64,000 bases of DNA from Camelus dromedarius (lineage: Eukaryota): contig NC_087436.1 in NCBI RefSeq assembly GCF_036321535.1, forward strand, positions 61,816,001 to 61,880,000. Reading direction: 5' to 3'. A program made the translations under genes and the position numbers. Below are positions 60,121-64,000 of this stretch, piece after piece. How positions within the stretch are numbered: the first letter of the stretch is position 1; each line of letters starts with the position of its first letter. The notes beneath the pieces are model-generated. The model worked only from the letters and a program-made list of their open reading frames with translations. It searched no databases and was not told the origin of the DNA.

Positions 60121-63100
60121 CCACTGGATAAAGATTTAGGTATGCCATCATGAATTCTACTGAGACCTCAGAACAGAACTACCTGTAACAATATTTATCT
60201 TAAGGGTGATTGTTTTACAGGAAGAAGAGCTTTTCAGATTCAAAGCAACATTTCTACTCATTAACCCAATCCTTTACACAGGGTTATATGGAGAATTACA
60301 TGGAACAGAATTTTAGTGTCTTAAAAGTTTACATTTTTATTGTTTTTAAAACAATGAGGCTGAATTTTACTTTGATCATTCTAACTGAGATATTGAATTG
60401 GGGGTGGATGAACATGGAATGGTTTTATTAGCTTTTTTTCCCCTCCAAGAGCTTTAGTCTACAATTAAGAGCTTTCTCTTCCATTGATTAGAGTACCAGT
60501 CAGTGCTAGCAGGTGAGAAAATCAAAGTAATGGTAAATTTGAACTTTTTTTTAATCTCTGGTAGCATAGCTGAAATGGTTCTGTTTGAATGAATCTGTTC
60601 ATCATCTGTTAGACAGGTTGTTTCAGTTGTATCCTTCCAGGATTCATGTTCTAAACTCCATGGTCTACTGTGTCTTACTGTCAGATTGCAAGAGTCATGA
60701 TCTTATGGTAACTACATAGACCTTATGTAATTTTATCTGAACATTGCTGTTTGGTTTATAGTTATTTCCTTGCTATGTTATTTTTATAGTTCATTAATTA
60801 AGAGGAGACATGCTAGTTTCTGCAGACCCCAAATCAATAAATCTATCTATATATCTATATACATACATATACACACATGTATTCCATCATTGATCAAATA
60901 AGGGATATTCCATTATTTTTTAAAGAATCATTAGATGCTTTACATTCACCTCTTTAACCTCTTTAATAATTGCATAACTCCCTTTAGTGAATCAGGATAA
61001 ATATCAGACCCAGTCTCCTGGCCTTCCAGGCAGCTTCCAGAATTTCAGCCACACTCAAATGATTTTAGATTTCTTTTTTTGCACTAAGAACTCAAGTTGG
61101 TTGATAGTCTCAGACTTTGTTTCATCCTTTCTCTGGATTGGGTGTCTTCTCTGCAGGCGTTCTTCTGCACTACTTTTACATAGCAAGGGGCTAGTTGACT
61201 CATACTGAAGAGGGTGATGCCACCTACCATGCATTTGAGCTGCTAAGTGCCTCAGCAACCTACCCCTAGGAATCAGCTTTCTAACAAGCTTCTTCAAGGT
61301 GTGCATTCTGGAAGGGAAAAGTGAATGGGTTTCCACTCTATTTCACCCTCCTGGTTGGTGCTCTATTTCTCCACACTGAAGTTAAAGTGAACCCTGAAAA
61401 CTCAAAACTGACCAACTCTTCGCTCTTATCAAATCACCTGCAAATGCTTACCATTGTCCTTTCAATAAAATCGGAAGTATTATCCAATTCTTACTGATTT
61501 TTTAAATGTATAGAATTCTAACATGGTTCAAAAAAAAAAATTATACAAAGGTGATCCTCAGAGAAGTGTCACCACTCACCTCTCGCTTTCATGCCATTTC
61601 CCACCCACTTCTCTCCCTAAAGGTTACCGATTTCATTGCATGTTGGTTTATATTTCCTGTCTTTCTTTCATAAAACTAAACAGCTATATTCTTCCTTACA
61701 TAAATTGTAGCATACTATATGTAAACTTTAAACTTCACTTAATGGTTCCTGGAAGTGTCTCCTTATCATTTAAATATAATTTGTCTTTTTTTTTTTTTTT
61801 TTTTTTGTCTGTTCTTAAGTATTTCATAGACAAGGATCCTGACTGAAGAGCACCCTCTGTTATTGTATGATGGAATGCAGTTTCTTCAAAGGCTGATATT
61901 GGTGGTGGTAGTTTTTGTCTTTCATGTCGGCGTGTTAATTTTTTCCTCTTCCTTCTTTCTTTCCCTTCACCTCCAAACTCCAAGAGTCACTATCACTCTT
62001 GTACATAATTCATTCTCCCCTAGAGGCTGATTCTCTAAGTCTGCAATTTTTATTGTCATTTTCTCTAAAACCCTTTTCCTGCAGGTGCTGCTGTGAATGA
62101 TTGGGGCTGAGATCTGTGTCCAGTAGTCTAGCATTTATTTAGCCTTGGAACTTTTTCTCTCTGGGGGTGGTTTTTCCTGTGTTACATCTAAGGTCTCCAC
62201 TCTGCTCTCCTCCTTTTTTCAGTCTCTTAAATCCTTCTTTGTCTGCTTTCCATGCACACAAGCTTGTAGTCATGATGCATGTTCTGCATTAGCTCTGTCA
62301 GGATTTGGAGTTTATTTATCTGTGTTTACATGGCTTGATGTTTATAGAATTTTTCATCTTCTAATGATGCTGAAGACAATGGTCATGTGTGGTTTTCTTT
62401 GAGGTTTCTGCTGATCATATTATTTTGAGGCGATTGTGTGAAAAGGTTCAGCCTCAAGAGATTGTCATTCTTCTTCAAACAGAGAATGCTTAAAACACAA
62501 GCTTTCAACATGCTTAATACAGTGCTTCATGATCTGACCTCATCTCAACTTCATCTTGAGTTCTTTTGCCAGTTTGTTCTTTCTGCTCTGGCTGTGTTTA
62601 AGGTGCTTGCTTTTGGACTGTCTCATATAGGTACCCATACAAATAATTTTACTTAAATATTTATTTTGATATTACTTCTATGAATTAACATTAATGTTAA
62701 GTAGAATTAATTAATTCTCTCTTGCACAATGATTATTACTTCTCTCTCCAACAGAATATATGCACAATTTCCCCTCCCTAAATATCTATTCATGACTTTC
62801 CACCACTTACTAATATAATTTAAATATATTAAAATGTGCTAATGATTGATTTTCTAATTTGTAAGACACAAATATCAAGCTAGTAACTTTGAGAGCATAG
62901 AACTAAATACAGTTTTTAATTTGAGAGAACACATTTCCTTTTTCTCCCCCTGAATTTTACATTCTACTGACTGGAAAAATGGCAGAGTTGAAAAAGTCAA
63001 TGCTTATTTTATGCTGGTAATGTATCTGTGGCTTAGTAGAACTAACATATATACAGCACAGTATTAAGGACAATTTTTCAGTCTCTTTTAAAAATGTTAA

Positions 63101-63399
63101 AAACATAGAAATTGTGTTGACTGTGATAGCACCATAATTCATTGGACCGAATACAGTAGCTACACTGTCATTATTTATATCAATAGACTCATTAAAGAGC
63201 TAAAAATTCTTCTCCTTGACTTATTGTGCTCCTCTGAATAGTCAGTGTAAACTTTGGCCATTCCTTTGATCCAGAAATCTGCCTTTGTTTCTCTGGAGAA
63301 GCATTAGAGGAATTATCTTACACTGTAGTTGTTTAAAAAGAAGGCTACATATTCCTTTCGATATAACCACTCTGGATTATTTACCATGGATTATTATAT

Positions 63400-63620
63400 A
63401 ACATGATTGGCAAGCTGAGTTTTAAAATTAAAAAGATCCAGGTTCAAATTCAACTCCACTTCATGCTTCATAATTAAAAAGTTATTTAATTTGTCTGATT
63501 TTCATCTTGTGCCCCTGTATGATAAGAAAAATAATATCTATCTCATGAGGGCACTATGAAAATTGATACAGTAACATATATCAAGCTACCCTTGCAGTAA
63601 TTGGCACCTCATTGCCTCAA
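63400..63620 (+). mobile_element. MIR SINE
   Basis: 'ccaggttcaaattc...aagttatttaat...aataatatctatctcatgaggg'. Confidence 0.65.
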
Positions 63621-64000
63621 CAAAAAAGTTATTAATATTCTTCAGATTTCTTTGAAATCAGGGTGCACATTAAGGTGGTTTATTAGAGGCAATAATTTCA
63701 TTTGAAGTTGGTTAATTATACCATAATGCTTCTTGGGAACTGCTCTGTATCAGTAGCAGAATTTAAAAGGAATCTTAGTAAGTAGCCTCTAATTGTGGCA
63801 ATCTTTAAATAGTTCAATCAAGTATACAATAGAAGGAACTTTTACTAGTTGGGTAAATTCAGATATTAATCTGCAGTTATGTCGTCTCAGGCCACCTTTT
63901 GAGACACAGTGGCCCAGAGGAAGCAACCACTCAGACCTGAGAGATATAAATCAGAGAGACCTCTCATTGAGCATTTTAGTGGCATGTGTCTGCTGCTGTT

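Noticed and set aside
60450..60518. Strong plus-strand donor CAG|GTGAGA with upstream acceptors
   Set aside because: The 63-nt version has stops in all frames, the 21-nt version is unsupported, and such sites are expected by chance in 64 kb

Overview
AT-rich, CpG-depleted mammalian non-coding DNA, either a large intron or intergenic sequence. I found no recognisable protein-coding exon, RNA gene or CpG island. The longer ORFs in the track are L1/LTR remnants or chance. The repeats recognised by eye (family names tentative) are two lineage-type L1 fragments with a cetartiodactyl-style 3'UTR/ORF2 end, older L1M pieces, about 15 LTRs (ERV1, ERVL, MaLR), a decayed ERVL pro-pol remnant with its LTR, L2, MIR, hAT MITEs and microsatellites. 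Several insertions are nested. I saw no CHR, Bov-tA or PRE-1 SINEs, which suggests a camelid genome (inference). The most unusual item is a perfect 33-bp inverted repeat with a 3-nt loop in unique sequence (32038-32106) whose geometry resembles a pri-miRNA. Other leads are splice-signal-bounded candidate non-coding exons, one carrying a 52-aa basic sORF; a cluster of five CCAATA motifs; an 18-bp-periodic NKX2-like motif array; and minus-strand orientation of all eight non-MaLR LTRs. I cannot support a new multi-gene system from this sequence.
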